NCBI GenBank assembly: GCA_963707955.1
Contig: OY970176.1
Location: 1,280,001 to 1,344,000 of the forward strand
DNA length: 64,000 bases
From: Candidatus Bathyarchaeota archaeon
GTDB lineage: Archaea > Thermoproteota > Bathyarchaeia > Bathyarchaeales > Bathycorpusculaceae
Direction of reading: 5' to 3'
A program made the translations under genes and the position numbers. Position 1 is the first letter of the stretch. Each line of letters starts with the position of its first letter. This document shows, piece by piece, positions 19,077-29,726 of the stretch. Under the pieces are notes generated by a model that saw only the letters and a list, made by a program, of their open reading frames with translations, made no database searches and was not told the origin of the DNA.

Positions 19077-19829
19077 TTGACCGTCATGATCGACAAAGAG
19101 GTTTATGTGAAGACCATTCTGTCCAAATCGAAGGTCTTTGATTATTCCGTTAATCCCTACATTGGTTGTGAGCACGGCTGCACATACTGTTACGCACGGT
19201 TCATGAAGAGGTACACTGGTCACAAGGAAGAGTGGGGCGAGTTCGTGGATCCGAAGATCAACGCACCAAGCCTGCTGCAAGTGGAGTTGAAAAAGAAAAC
19301 AGCGGGCAGAGTCTGGATGAGTGGAACGTGCGACCCTTACCAGCCTCTGGAAAAGAAATATGAGCTGACGAAGAAGTGTCTGGAAGTGCTGTCGGAACAC
19401 GCTTGGCCCGTTACCGTTCAGACAAAATCTTCACTTGTTAACCGAGACGTAGACCTGCTCAGAAAAATCAACGACGTAGAAGTCGGAGTTACGATTACCA
19501 CAGCCGATGACGGTATTAGGAAGATCTTTGAACCTAACTTGCCGCCGATCAGCGAAAGGATTGAAACGCTCACGAAACTTCGTTCAGCAGGCATCAGAAC
19601 CTTCGCGATGATAGCGCCACTACTGCCGAAAGCCGAAGGTCTGCCGACTCTTCTAAGAAGAAGAACGAACTATGTACTAATCGACAAGACGCACTATCAT
19701 TACGCAGATTGGGCGTACAGAAAATTCAAATTGCAATATGCAATGACTGACGACTTCTTTGCCTCCAAGAAAAAAGAGCTGGTCAGCGCCTTTGAAAAGG
19801 AAAGGATACCCTGCCAAGTGCTATTCTAG
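19077..19829 (+). CDS. Radical SAM protein (SPL-like family)
   Basis: NPYIGCEHGCTYCYA and DPYQPLE motifs. Confidence 0.9.
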   Translation: MTVMIDKEVYVKTILSKSKVFDYSVNPYIGCEHGCTYCYARFMKRYTGHKEEWGEFVDPKINAPSLLQVELKKKTAGRVWMSGTCDPYQPLEKKYELTKKCLEVLSEHAWPVTVQTKSSLVNRDVDLLRKINDVEVGVTITTADDGIRKIFEPNLPPISERIETLTKLRSAGIRTFAMIAPLLPKAEGLPTLLRRRTNYVLIDKTHYHYADWAYRKFKLQYAMTDDFFASKKKELVSAFEKERIPCQVLF

Positions 19830-19906
19830 TGTTTCAAGCAGGGGCTAATCGTCGCATAGATAAACCTGCTAAGGCCTTAAATACTCAAATACGAAAGGTT
19901 TTGTTC

Positions 19907-20767
19907 ATGGGATACCAATCGCGGATAAGGTCACCCGGAAACTCCGGCCGAGGACATGGAATGCCGCGACGTAAAAAGGCCAGAGCCAAAGCTACAAGAG
20001 AAAAACGCCGATCTAGTAGCAGCTACATGTCAGAGGAACATAATGTTCCGACCTTAGAAGAAGTTTCGGACAGGACTCTAAACAGGCTACGTAGCCTAGG
20101 AAACCAAAGATTTGCTCTTTCCCCCTTCAGTGAGCACTTCGGCCGTTGGCTTGTCGACCTGAGAGATGTTGTATTCGAGTTTGAGTCAAGTCCCACGATA
20201 AGCGTAGATGGCCAATTCTTGAAGGAACGTTCACAGATACTTTCGAATGTTGAGGTTGACCTTGAGGAAAGACGGCACAAGGAAGCTACGCTAGACGGAA
20301 TTACCAAAGACCTCTCGGGCAACAGAATTCTTCTCGAACGAATCGAAGAAGAATACACTGATAAGACGAAAGAGATCGAAGGGCGGAAAGCTAATGAAAT
20401 CAAGCGTCTGTCAAGCAATATTGATGGCCTCAGAGAAGAGCTGGATCGTATAGCTCGAATTAAAACGGGCATCTTCAGACGCGTCACGGAGAAGGCTAAG
20501 GCACAAAAAGAGGCAGAGGCAACCCACAGACTGAACTCTGAACAAAGGGAGCTCGCATTAGCCATGCAACACTTCAGTGCTGAAAAAGAGAAGCTCCGAG
20601 ACGAATACGAGAAAAAGAAGCAGCCCGTCATCGAGCAGATGCTAGATCAACAGAAAGAGATCGAAAACCTAGAGATCGATGGCTCTCTCGAAACCAGACG
20701 AGCCGCATCCGAGGCCCTCATCAACGCAGTAGACGGACTTCTCCAGAGAGAAAGATCGCTTCATTAG
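19907..20767 (+). CDS. Coiled-coil hypothetical protein with basic N-terminus
   Basis: Long E/K/R-rich heptad region. Confidence 0.7.
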   Translation: MGYQSRIRSPGNSGRGHGMPRRKKARAKATREKRRSSSSYMSEEHNVPTLEEVSDRTLNRLRSLGNQRFALSPFSEHFGRWLVDLRDVVFEFESSPTISVDGQFLKERSQILSNVEVDLEERRHKEATLDGITKDLSGNRILLERIEEEYTDKTKEIEGRKANEIKRLSSNIDGLREELDRIARIKTGIFRRVTEKAKAQKEAEATHRLNSEQRELALAMQHFSAEKEKLRDEYEKKKQPVIEQMLDQQKEIENLEIDGSLETRRAASEALINAVDGLLQRERSLH

Positions 20768-20843
20768 ACCCGGTGACCTAGAGCGCGCTGAAGCCTTCAA
20801 GTAATACTTCCATAAAAGTAACATTGCGGTGGGCTGGTTTAAG

Positions 20844-21481
20844 ATGGGTATTTCAGTCAAATGGTTGGGACACGCAAGCTTTGAGATAAAGGCCGACGAT
20901 AAGACAATCTACATCGATCCTTATGAAGGAGAATACAAGGACAAAGCGGACCTGATACTGGTCTCGCACTCCCATGACGACCATTGCGACACGTCGAAAA
21001 TAAAGAAAATCCGAAAAGAAGACACCCTAGTCATTGCTCCCGCCGATTGCGCATCAAAGATAGGAGGAAAAGTGAAATCGCTTAAGCCTGGAGAAAAGGT
21101 TTCTCTTGCAGACATCACAGTGGAAGCCGTCGCAGCTTACAACTACAAGAGGTTCAGGTCTCCTGGCAACCCATTCCATCCGAAAGGCTTCGGAGTCGGA
21201 TATCTGATAAAGATAGGGGACAAAACCATCTATCATGCAGGAGACACAGACTTCATTCCGGAGATGAGAAACCTCAGAAACGTCTACCTCGCCTTACTCC
21301 CCAGCGGCGGAACCTACACCATGGACAACCATGAGGCTGCAGAGGCGGCGCTGTCAATCAAACCACAATTCGTCATCCCAATGCACATGTGGAACACAAG
21401 TCCTAGTGGACTAAAGAACGATGTAGAAGCAAAATCCAAGTCATCCTGCTTAAACCTGGAGAAGAATTCACAAAAGATTAG
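20844..21481 (+). CDS. MBL-fold metallo-hydrolase; frameshift near 21438
   Basis: WLGHASF, SHSHDDH, YHAGDT and IPMH motifs; the typical C-terminus VILLKPGEEFTKD* lies in another frame. Confidence 0.85.
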
Positions 21482-21581
21482 AACGTCAGGACAATTCTCT
21501 TTTTTCTTTTTCGGTTTTTCGCACAGTTCATGAAAGGCTCATTGACACCAACGCATGCTGAGTTTCTTTCGGTAAAGTTCT

Positions 21582-21659
21582 TGGTGGGCCGGACCGGACT
21601 TGAACCGGCGACCTTTGGCTCGTAAAGCCAATGTCCTAACCAAGCTAGACGACCGGCCC
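21582..21659 (-). tRNA. tRNA-Val (anticodon TAC), CCA encoded, no intron
   Basis: Reverse complement GGGCCGG...TTGGC-TTTACGA-GCCAA...GCCGG-TTCAAGT-CCGGT-CCGGCCC-A-CCA folds as a cloverleaf. Confidence 0.97.
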
Positions 21660-22017
21660 TCTTCCTTTTGAGTAAAGCAGACGTTATTTAAGAAATTTGG
21701 GTCAATGATATTTTGGTCAATTATGGGTCAACGTTCTTGGTGTTGTCTGAATCATCCAAGAGCGCGTTTGAAGTCCTGACTTCTTATGGTGGTTTTAGAG
21801 ACTCCTTAGAAGTTTTTCATCGAACATCCGTTAGTGTAAGCATAGAGCAAAGTGAGGAACAGGCCGATTTGTTTTGAAGTCAGTTGAGTATTTGCACTTT
21901 TCATTCAAACATGCTGGTTGCAAGAGAACAAATATTAGGATGCAATCTGTATATGCAAAGCAAAAAATTGCTATTAGAATCTGCGCAGCCTCTCGAGGCC
22001 ATAGTTGGTGTGCAAAG

Positions 22018-23091
22018 ATGAAGAGAATTCTGGTTACAGGTGCTGGAGGACCCGCTGGACTGAATTTTGTCAAGTCTCTGAGAATTGCACCTGAAAAGAT
22101 GTTTATAGTCGGAACGGAAGCCAACGAATATTTCATACACCTGGCTTCTGGAGACAAGAATTATCCAGTTCCTGAAGCAACTGAAGCTACCTATATTGAA
22201 AGGTTAAATGAAGTCACGCGGAAAGAGAAAGTTGAATTTATCCATGCTCAGCCAGATGTTGAGGTCGCAACTGTTTCAGAAAACCGTGAAAGACTGGATG
22301 CAGACGTTTTCCTCCCATCGAAAGAAGCCATACGAAAATGTCAGGATAAACTAGAATCTGCAAGAATATGGCATAGAGGCGATGTTCCAGTTGGAAGAGC
22401 ACTTGAGCTACGTGGAGAATCAGACGTTGACAAGGCGTTTGAAGAGTTTGGAAGCCCCATCTGGATTAGGGCTAGACATGGTGCTGGTGGCAGAGGAAGC
22501 ACCGCGGCCTTCAACAAGAAAACTGCTTTGGCATGGATTGAGTATTGGAAATCCCGAAGAATGAATTGGAAATTCATTGCACAGGAGTATTTGCCAGGAA
22601 GAAACATAGGTTTCCACAGTCTATGGAAGAACGGCGAACTCGTCACATCTATGGCAAGAGAACGCATCGAGTACATCTATCCAAACCTCGCTCCTTCAGG
22701 TGTTACGGGTACACCTGCGACCCAGAAAACGATCTACGACGACAAGGCAAACGAAATCGGAACAAGAGCCGTCTTAGCCATTGACCCTGATTTCAACGGG
22801 ATCGCTTGTGTGGACCTGAAAGAAAACAAAGAAGGCAAGCCCTGCGTGACAGAAATCAACGCTGGAAGAATGTTCACCACGTCCTTTTTCTTCTCTTATG
22901 CAAGCAAAGTGTTGCGCAAGGATTATTGTGCTAACATTCCATACTTGTACGTGAGGCTTGCGTTCAAAGAGAACATACCAAAAGTGCCAAAGTATAACAT
23001 TCTGCCGGAGAACACTTATTGGATCCGCCATATTGACGCGCCCGCAAGACTGGTTAAAGATGGGAAGATCCTCGGGGAAATGTACCGTTGA
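22018..23091 (+). CDS. ATP-grasp protein (carbamoyl-phosphate-synthase-like) in glycosylation cluster
   Basis: ILVTGAGGPAG, QEYLPG and EINAGR motifs. Confidence 0.85.
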   Translation: MKRILVTGAGGPAGLNFVKSLRIAPEKMFIVGTEANEYFIHLASGDKNYPVPEATEATYIERLNEVTRKEKVEFIHAQPDVEVATVSENRERLDADVFLPSKEAIRKCQDKLESARIWHRGDVPVGRALELRGESDVDKAFEEFGSPIWIRARHGAGGRGSTAAFNKKTALAWIEYWKSRRMNWKFIAQEYLPGRNIGFHSLWKNGELVTSMARERIEYIYPNLAPSGVTGTPATQKTIYDDKANEIGTRAVLAIDPDFNGIACVDLKENKEGKPCVTEINAGRMFTTSFFFSYASKVLRKDYCANIPYLYVRLAFKENIPKVPKYNILPENTYWIRHIDAPARLVKDGKILGEMYR

Positions 23092-23582
23092 TCGAAGCTG
23101 TGATATTTGACCTCGACGGAACATTGATTCATCTGCCAATAGATTACGAGAGGCTTTTTCGAGAATTCGGCAAAATCATGAAGACTGGTAATGTGCGCCC
23201 GTTAACAAAGACAATTTCTAAATTGGATGAAAAAGCAAGAAAACAACTTTTTAAAGCTTGGGATAGAGCCGAGCTCGAAGCGCTGGCAGACATGAAATTA
23301 AATGACGATGGAATCGCCCTGTACAAGAAGTTTTCTGAGGAGCCCAAGGTTCTCGTAACGATGCAGGGCAAGGCTTTGGTGCAGACCGTCCTCGAACGTT
23401 TGGGTTTGTCATTCAACCTTGTTATCACTAGAGAAAACTGTCTCGACAGAGCTGAACAGCTCAAGACCGCCGCAGAGAAGCTTAGAATGCCTCTGCCAAA
23501 TATCCTGTTCATCGGAAACACCGACGAAGACCGCCTCACGGCAAAAATGGTCTCGTGCCAATTCTTGAGGGTTGGAGAATGA
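23088..23582 (+). CDS. HAD-family hydrolase
   Basis: FDLDGTL and FIGNTDED motifs. Confidence 0.85.
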   Translation: MIEAVIFDLDGTLIHLPIDYERLFREFGKIMKTGNVRPLTKTISKLDEKARKQLFKAWDRAELEALADMKLNDDGIALYKKFSEEPKVLVTMQGKALVQTVLERLGLSFNLVITRENCLDRAEQLKTAAEKLRMPLPNILFIGNTDEDRLTAKMVSCQFLRVGE

Positions 23583-24562
23583 AGATTTGGTATGACGCTG
23601 GTACAGGAAAGCAAGTGAGATATGCCGTCGCGATTGCAAGACGTCTCCGAAGCTTGGGACATGAAGTCACACTAACAACGAGGAGGCATCCTGACACCCT
23701 GCCGCTGGCTGAGTTTTTGGAAGAAAAGTTCATTGTAGCAGGGAGGTACAACCCCAGATCCCTGATGACAAGACTGAGAGAAAGCATCCGCCGACAACGA
23801 TTTTTCTGCAAGATCTTTGACCAAGGCGCTCTGGACGTTGCCATCTCGCATGGCTCCGTGGACCAATGCAGAGTAGCATTTGGTTTAGGAGTCCCAATAA
23901 TCTCAACGGTTGACACTCCTTATGCAGAGGCTGTGCACAGACTTACGCTGACCTTGTCAGATTACATCATTGCCTCAAAGGCAATTCCAAGAAGAATCTT
24001 GCAAACCTACAACATTGGGGGACAAATAAAAAGTTTTGACGGCGTGGACGAGGTTGCATGGATCAAGGACTTTGAGCCGAAGACAATGTTTGATTTCGGA
24101 AAACCACTAATCGTGGTTAGACCGCTTGAAGAAAGAGCCGTCTATACCAAAGAGAAAGTAGACCTGCTTGCGTTAGCAAAAAAGTTGACTCTGCTTGGAA
24201 AAGTTGTGTTTCTTTCAAGGTACACTCGCAAATCTATCAAAGACCTAATTGTGCCCAAAGGGTTCGTTGACTCACCCAGCCTGATTGCACAGGCGGATCT
24301 TTTTGTCGGCGTTGGAGGCACCAGTACACGAGAAGCAGCGCTGCAGGGAATACCTGCAATAATCGTTAACGTGTTTCGAAAACAACACGTAAATGAGTTT
24401 TTAGCCAAGAAAGGCTTTCCGATTTTCAGGGTTGAGCCCGCGGACGCGTTGAGACTTGCGGAGAAACTCCTTGGCAAGAAGTATGACGTTGAACATTTGC
24501 TGGCTGAGCTTGAAAATCCAGTTGACGTTGTTGCTGATGTTGTAAAGAAAATCGGGGCATGA
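23579..24562 (+). CDS. DUF354 family GT-B fold protein
   Basis: MKIWYD..TGKQ, GVDEVAW and GGTSTREAALQGIP motifs. Confidence 0.85.
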   Translation: MKIWYDAGTGKQVRYAVAIARRLRSLGHEVTLTTRRHPDTLPLAEFLEEKFIVAGRYNPRSLMTRLRESIRRQRFFCKIFDQGALDVAISHGSVDQCRVAFGLGVPIISTVDTPYAEAVHRLTLTLSDYIIASKAIPRRILQTYNIGGQIKSFDGVDEVAWIKDFEPKTMFDFGKPLIVVRPLEERAVYTKEKVDLLALAKKLTLLGKVVFLSRYTRKSIKDLIVPKGFVDSPSLIAQADLFVGVGGTSTREAALQGIPAIIVNVFRKQHVNEFLAKKGFPIFRVEPADALRLAEKLLGKKYDVEHLLAELENPVDVVADVVKKIGA

Positions 24563-24732
24563 AGAGGCTCTCGCATTGTGTATTCACGTTTATATGTTAC
24601 CCCAGCAATTTTGATGTTCTGATAGGTGAAATGCCAAGAGAAAACGTTTGGATTGTCGGTTGAATTGCATATATCAATAATATATGGTGGAAACAGCCTT
24701 TGAGGCAATAAGAAGAAATTGGAGGAATTTCA

Positions 24733-25731
24733 ACGAAACCGAAAATCGTCCTTGTCGGCGTCGGGAGATTCGGAAAGAACCATTTACGCGTATTAAAGGA
24801 GCTGGAAAATGATGGGTTATGCACACTTTACGGAATCGTGGATAAACGAGTTGAGGTCTTGGACAGCATTAAGAAGACTTATGGCGTTTCAACAACCTCA
24901 AACCTGGCTGACTTTCTAAATAGTGAAGCAGACGCAGTGGATGTGGTAACCCCTTCTGACACTCACTTCGAAATATGCAAAGAGTGTCTAGCATCTGGGA
25001 AGCATGTTTTGGTTGAGAAACCGCTAACCACATGTTATTCTGACGCGAGGAAGCTGGTTCAGTTCGCGGCTAAACGTAACAGAATTCTGATGGTGGGACA
25101 CATTTTCAGATACAATCCAGCCGTGAAAAAACTCAAAGAGTTGATCAGAAGCGGCGAGCTGGGGCAAATTTACTACATGTTTGGACACTACATGGGTTTT
25201 AAAGACCCAAGAGCAGAGCTAGGCGCATTGTTAAATTTCGGTATACACCAGATTGACATCTACGACTATTTGTTGGATGAAATTCCAGAAGAAGCCACTT
25301 GTAACACAGCTCATTTTCTGGGAAGGAAAGAATTCGAGGATTTGGCGATTACTGTCTTAAAGTATAGGAACGGTGCCTTGGGAATTATTGAGAGTAGCTG
25401 GTTGCCGCCTGGAAATTATCGAGACCTGACAGTCGTTGGAAGCAAAAAAAGTTTGACTTCAGATCTTGCAAAACAAACGATAATTGTTCATGACGTTCAC
25501 ATCGAAAAACAGAATGACACGTTGAAAGCAGCGGACAAAGGTTCATTAGATGTTGATGTAAAATTCGAGGAGCCGCTTAGACTTGAACTTAAGGATTTTG
25601 TAGAATGCATTAAGACTGGAAGGAAACCATTAGCCAACGACCAGGTGGCATTAAGAACAATAATGATAGCAGAGAAAGCGTTAGAATCGGCCCGGTTAAA
25701 GAGAAGCGTGAGGATAGATGAAAGTAAGTAA
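24733..25731 (+). CDS. Gfo/Idh/MocA oxidoreductase (WbpB-like); apparent ACG start
   Basis: In-frame upstream extension KPKIVLVGVGRFGKNHLR; VEKP and GHIFRYNP motifs. Confidence 0.85.
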   Translation, partial: TKPKIVLVGVGRFGKNHLRVLKELENDGLCTLYGIVDKRVEVLDSIKKTYGVSTTSNLADFLNSEADAVDVVTPSDTHFEICKECLASGKHVLVEKPLTTCYSDARKLVQFAAKRNRILMVGHIFRYNPAVKKLKELIRSGELGQIYYMFGHYMGFKDPRAELGALLNFGIHQIDIYDYLLDEIPEEATCNTAHFLGRKEFEDLAITVLKYRNGALGIIESSWLPPGNYRDLTVVGSKKSLTSDLAKQTIIVHDVHIEKQNDTLKAADKGSLDVDVKFEEPLRLELKDFVECIKTGRKPLANDQVALRTIMIAEKALESARLKRSVRIDESK

Positions 25732-26401
25732 GAATGTTGTGATTTATGAACACGTTAAAATAGGAAAAGACCCCATCATTGAGGACTTTGCAATCTTAGG
25801 CAAGCCGCCTGTTGGAGCTGAAGCTGATGAGATGGAATTGGTTATCGGCGACTTCCCTATTATCAGGTCTGGGACAATAATCTATGCTGGAAATACTATT
25901 GGAAACAGCTTTCGCACGGGAGACGGTGCTAGAATAAGGGAGAAAAACAGGATAGGCAACAACGTCAGCGTCGGATCAATGTCTGTCATAGAACGTGAAT
26001 GTGACATAATGGACAATGTCAAAATTCACTCTGGCTGCTTCATACCTGAATACACTATTCTTGAAGAGGGAGCTTGGATTGGGCCAGGTGTCATCATGAC
26101 AAACGTGTTGCATCCGCCATGTCCGGCGTTTAAGAAATATGCTCCTGTTCGCGGGAAAGAATGCCTTCAAGGACCAATAGTAAACAAGAACGCTGTCGTC
26201 GGAGCAGGAGTTGTTATCCTGCCAGGAATAGTCATTGGCGAGAACTCGCTTGTCGGAGCCGGATCAGTTGTGACAGACGATGTGCCGCCTGAAAGGGTGG
26301 TCATAGGCAACCCTGCCAGGATAACCAGAAAGGTTGAAGAGCTAGAATGCCCCTTGGGGCTTTACAAGCGGGGAGAGGTCTACTCGTGGAGAAGAAAATG
26401 A
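25718..26401 (+). CDS. Hexapeptide-repeat N-acetyltransferase (WbpD-like)
   Basis: Left-handed beta-helix repeats and VGAGSVVT..VP...GNPA motif. Confidence 0.9.
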   Translation: MKVSKNVVIYEHVKIGKDPIIEDFAILGKPPVGAEADEMELVIGDFPIIRSGTIIYAGNTIGNSFRTGDGARIREKNRIGNNVSVGSMSVIERECDIMDNVKIHSGCFIPEYTILEEGAWIGPGVIMTNVLHPPCPAFKKYAPVRGKECLQGPIVNKNAVVGAGVVILPGIVIGENSLVGAGSVVTDDVPPERVVIGNPARITRKVEELECPLGLYKRGEVYSWRRK

Positions 26402-27489
26402 ACGTTCCACTGTCGAAAGTCTACATGGATGACGCTATCAAGAAGACGGTTTTGGAAGTTCTGGACAGCGGATGGTATATTCTGCGCGAAAAAGTTAAGG
26501 AGTTTGAAGATAAGTTTGCAGAATTCTGCGGTGTAAAAAACGCGGTCTGTGCGAGTTCAGGAACCGCAGCCATTTTTCTGTCATTGCTGGCGCTGGACAT
26601 CAAAGCTGGAGACGAGGTCGTAGTTCCATCTTTCTCCTTCATAGCTTCTGCTGCACCAGTTGTACAGGTTGGAGCCAAACCAGTCTTCGTAGACGTAGAA
26701 GCTAGAACGTATACGGCTGATCCTGAAAGAATAAGAGAGGCAGTGACTAAGCGGACCAAAGCCATATTTCCGGTCCATTTGTTTGGGCATCCTGCAAACA
26801 TGGATGCAATATTGGAGATAGCGGAAGAGAATGACCTCTACGTTATTGAGGATGCTTGCCAAGCGCACGGGGCGGAATACAAGGGACGAAAAGTTGGTGG
26901 AATAGGGCATGTTGCATGTTTCAGCTTTTACCCCTCAAAGAACATGACTGTTTGCGGTGACGGCGGTTCTGTTGTAACGAACGATGAAGAAATCGCAGAG
27001 AAAATTAGGATGCTTAGGGATCATGGCAGGCGGGAGAAGTACATCTTCGATGCGTTGGGTTACAATTTAAGGTTTAACGAGATTCAGGCAGCTATTGGAA
27101 TTAAGCAGTTGGAGAAGCTTCCAAGATGGAATGAAGCCAGACGAAACATCGCAAAAATGTATAACCAAGCCTTAGAAGAGTTGGTGACTACGCCGATTGA
27201 GGAAGAATGGGCTAAGCATGTCTACCATCTTTACGTGATAAGGACTAAAAAACGCGATAAGCTCGCGGAGTCCCTGAAGCAACACGGCGTGTCCACACTC
27301 GTGCATTATCCAGTTCCGATTCATAAGCAGCCAGCCATAACTGGGGTTTTAGGTGCTCAACCAGCGTTGAGGATTACTGACACAATCTGCCAGGAAGTGC
27401 TTTCGCTGCCAATGTATCCTAGTTTAACTGAACCCGAGGTTGAGTACGTTTCTGAAAGAATATCGGACTTTCTGAAAACCTTCAGATGA
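26398..27489 (+). CDS. DegT/DnrJ/EryC1/StrS aminotransferase (WbpE-like)
   Basis: SSGTAA, EDACQAHG and SFYPSKNM motifs. Confidence 0.93.
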   Translation: MNVPLSKVYMDDAIKKTVLEVLDSGWYILREKVKEFEDKFAEFCGVKNAVCASSGTAAIFLSLLALDIKAGDEVVVPSFSFIASAAPVVQVGAKPVFVDVEARTYTADPERIREAVTKRTKAIFPVHLFGHPANMDAILEIAEENDLYVIEDACQAHGAEYKGRKVGGIGHVACFSFYPSKNMTVCGDGGSVVTNDEEIAEKIRMLRDHGRREKYIFDALGYNLRFNEIQAAIGIKQLEKLPRWNEARRNIAKMYNQALEELVTTPIEEEWAKHVYHLYVIRTKKRDKLAESLKQHGVSTLVHYPVPIHKQPAITGVLGAQPALRITDTICQEVLSLPMYPSLTEPEVEYVSERISDFLKTFR

Positions 27490-28341
27490 CTATTTGCCTA
27501 TTACTGTAGACTTCAACATTTCAAGGTAGGATTCGGCTGTCCCTATGTCTATTCTTTTTTCATTAGATCCCAATTTTAAACCGAAAACCTTGCAGTTCCA
27601 TTCTATCAATAGTCGAAGTGCTTCTGCTAATTGGATTTCTTCGTTCTTGTCGGGTCTCACTTCCTTGATGGCTTTGTATATTATCGGTTTGAACATGTAC
27701 AGGGCAACTATTGCTAGGTTTGATTGGGGTTTCTGAGGCTTCTCAACGACGTTTGTGACTCGAAATATGCCAGGTTTTATTTCTTTTCCTGTCACTACGC
27801 CGTAGTTTCTAGGGTCTGGGACTTCTTCGAGCAAAAATAGGGTGTCTGCGTCGTATTCTTCAAAGGTTTCTGTTGCCCTTCTCAGGTGATTGTTGTTTTT
27901 TGAAATGACTAGGTCGTCGCCTGCTTGCATCAGGAATTTTTCGCTTCCGGTGAATAAGGATGCTCTCCCAACAGCGTCTCCAAACCCTTTTGGTTTCGGT
28001 TGGTTTATGAACACTACGTTTGACTCGTTTATCTTTCTGTAGAAATCCTGCAGTTCTTCCGCGTTGTCTTTCCTATTTCTGTTTTCCAAGTATTTTATGA
28101 AATCTTCGTCTGGCGAGAAATGGTCTTCTATTGCTCTCTTGCCTTTGCCTACTATGAAGGCGAATTCCCTGAAGTGCACGTCATATAATTGCTCGAAGAT
28201 CGCTTGCAGCATTGGTTTCATGCATAGTTTGCCGTTTTTCGTAAGGGCGACAATCGGAAGCATCTCTTTCGGTAGTTCCTTTGTTATTGGCAGAAGTCTA
28301 GTCCCGAGACCTGCTGCCGGAATCACTGCCTTCTTGAGCAA
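27490..28341 (-). CDS. galU: UTP--glucose-1-phosphate uridylyltransferase
   Basis: AVIPAAGLGTRLLPITKELPKEMLP and VEKP motifs. Confidence 0.85.
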   Translation of the reverse strand: MLKKAVIPAAGLGTRLLPITKELPKEMLPIVALTKNGKLCMKPMLQAIFEQLYDVHFREFAFIVGKGKRAIEDHFSPDEDFIKYLENRNRKDNAEELQDFYRKINESNVVFINQPKPKGFGDAVGRASLFTGSEKFLMQAGDDLVISKNNNHLRRATETFEEYDADTLFLLEEVPDPRNYGVVTGKEIKPGIFRVTNVVEKPQKPQSNLAIVALYMFKPIIYKAIKEVRPDKNEEIQLAEALRLLIEWNCKVFGLKLGSNEKRIDIGTAESYLEMLKSTVIGK

Positions 28342-28364
28342 AGATGAACCTCACGTTGTTTTGG

Positions 28365-29726
28365 TTATGAGGGTGGAATTAAAGCTGCGGGTTCTCCGAG
28401 GCCGACCGCTACGTAGCGCAGTTTTTTCGAGAATTTTCCCGGGTCGTAGATTCTTCTGCCGTCTATTAAAATTGGTTTTCGCATGTTGCGTATGAAGTCT
28501 TCTGGACTCAGTTTCTTGAACTCTTCCCATTCCGTCACGAGTATAGCGCAATCAGCATTTTTTAGACATTCAATCGCTGAGGAAGCGTAGCCTATTTTTT
28601 CTTTGAGAATTTTTCTGGTGTTCGCAATTGCCATCGGATCGTATGCCGTTATCGCCGCTCCTTCTTTCAGAAGCCCCTTGATCAATTCCATTGAGCGTGC
28701 CTCTCTCAAGTCGTCCGTGTTTGGTTTAAATGCTAAGCCCAAGATAGCTATATTCTTGCCTTTTAGTACTCCAAGTTCTTTTTTCGTTTTTTGTATCGTG
28801 AACCTTACCTGGTCCTCATTTGCTCTCCATGCTGCCTGTATCAACTCTGGATTATAGCCAAGTCCTTTGGAAAAGCTAATGAGAGCTTTCAGGTCTTTGG
28901 CGAAGCAGTTTCCTCCCCACCCCAAGCCTGCGTCTAGAAAGTACGGGTTTATTCTATGGTCTTTTCCTATTGCCTCTGCAATTTTTCTCACGTCTGTGCC
29001 CGGAGTTTTTTCACATATGTTGGCTATGGTGTTTATGAAGCTTACTTTTGTGGCTAAGAAGGCGTTGTTGGCGTATTTTATTAGCTCTGCTGTTGGGATG
29101 TTTGTCCTGATTATCGGCGGCAAGTTTTCGCCGTGGAATTCTCTGTAAAGATCTTCCAGCGTATCCGCAGATCTTTTGTTGCATCCTCCTATTACTACAT
29201 AGTCTGGGTTTAGCGTGCCTCTGATCGCGTTACCTTCACGTAGGAACTCTGGGTTGGCGCACAAGAGAAAACCCTCGCAGCATTTTTGGCCGCTGTTCCT
29301 TTCGATTGTTGGCCTTACAATATTCTGCGTGGTACCCGGAGTCACCGTGCTTTTTACCACAACGAGGTGAGCTACCCGGCCGTCTTTCTTTTTCAGGGCC
29401 TTACCCACTTCCTTTGACGCTTTTATTATATAGCTGAGGCTTATGCTTCCATCCGTCTTTGATGGTGTTCCAACTGTGATGAAAGTGATATCTGATTTAA
29501 GGATGGCTTCCTCGTTGTTTGACGTGATTTTTAGGTTTCCAGTTTTTATTGCTTTTATGAGCAGTTCATTGAGGTTGGGTTCGTAGAAGGGAGGGTTTCC
29601 CCTTCTTATCTGGTTCGCTTTGGCCCGGTCTATTTCTGAGCCTGTGACTTTGTAGCCTTTTGTAGCGAAGCAGACTGCTGTGCAAAGTCCAACAGATCCT
29701 AAGCCTATGAAAGAAAGCTTGTACAT
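28365..29726 (-). CDS. UDP-glucose/GDP-mannose dehydrogenase family protein
   Basis: GLGSVG, NPEFLREG, KYANNAFLA, GWGGNCFAKD and GLAFKPNTDD motifs. Confidence 0.93.
   Translation of the reverse strand: MYKLSFIGLGSVGLCTAVCFATKGYKVTGSEIDRAKANQIRRGNPPFYEPNLNELLIKAIKTGNLKITSNNEEAILKSDITFITVGTPSKTDGSISLSYIIKASKEVGKALKKKDGRVAHLVVVKSTVTPGTTQNIVRPTIERNSGQKCCEGFLLCANPEFLREGNAIRGTLNPDYVVIGGCNKRSADTLEDLYREFHGENLPPIIRTNIPTAELIKYANNAFLATKVSFINTIANICEKTPGTDVRKIAEAIGKDHRINPYFLDAGLGWGGNCFAKDLKALISFSKGLGYNPELIQAAWRANEDQVRFTIQKTKKELGVLKGKNIAILGLAFKPNTDDLREARSMELIKGLLKEGAAITAYDPMAIANTRKILKEKIGYASSAIECLKNADCAILVTEWEEFKKLSPEDFIRNMRKPILIDGRRIYDPGKFSKKLRYVAVGLGEPAALIPPS

Noticed and set aside
6385-21659. Complete provirus from the terminase to tRNA-Val
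   Set aside because: No integrase or structural genes, no duplicated tRNA 3' end seen, and the intervening genes are cellular.
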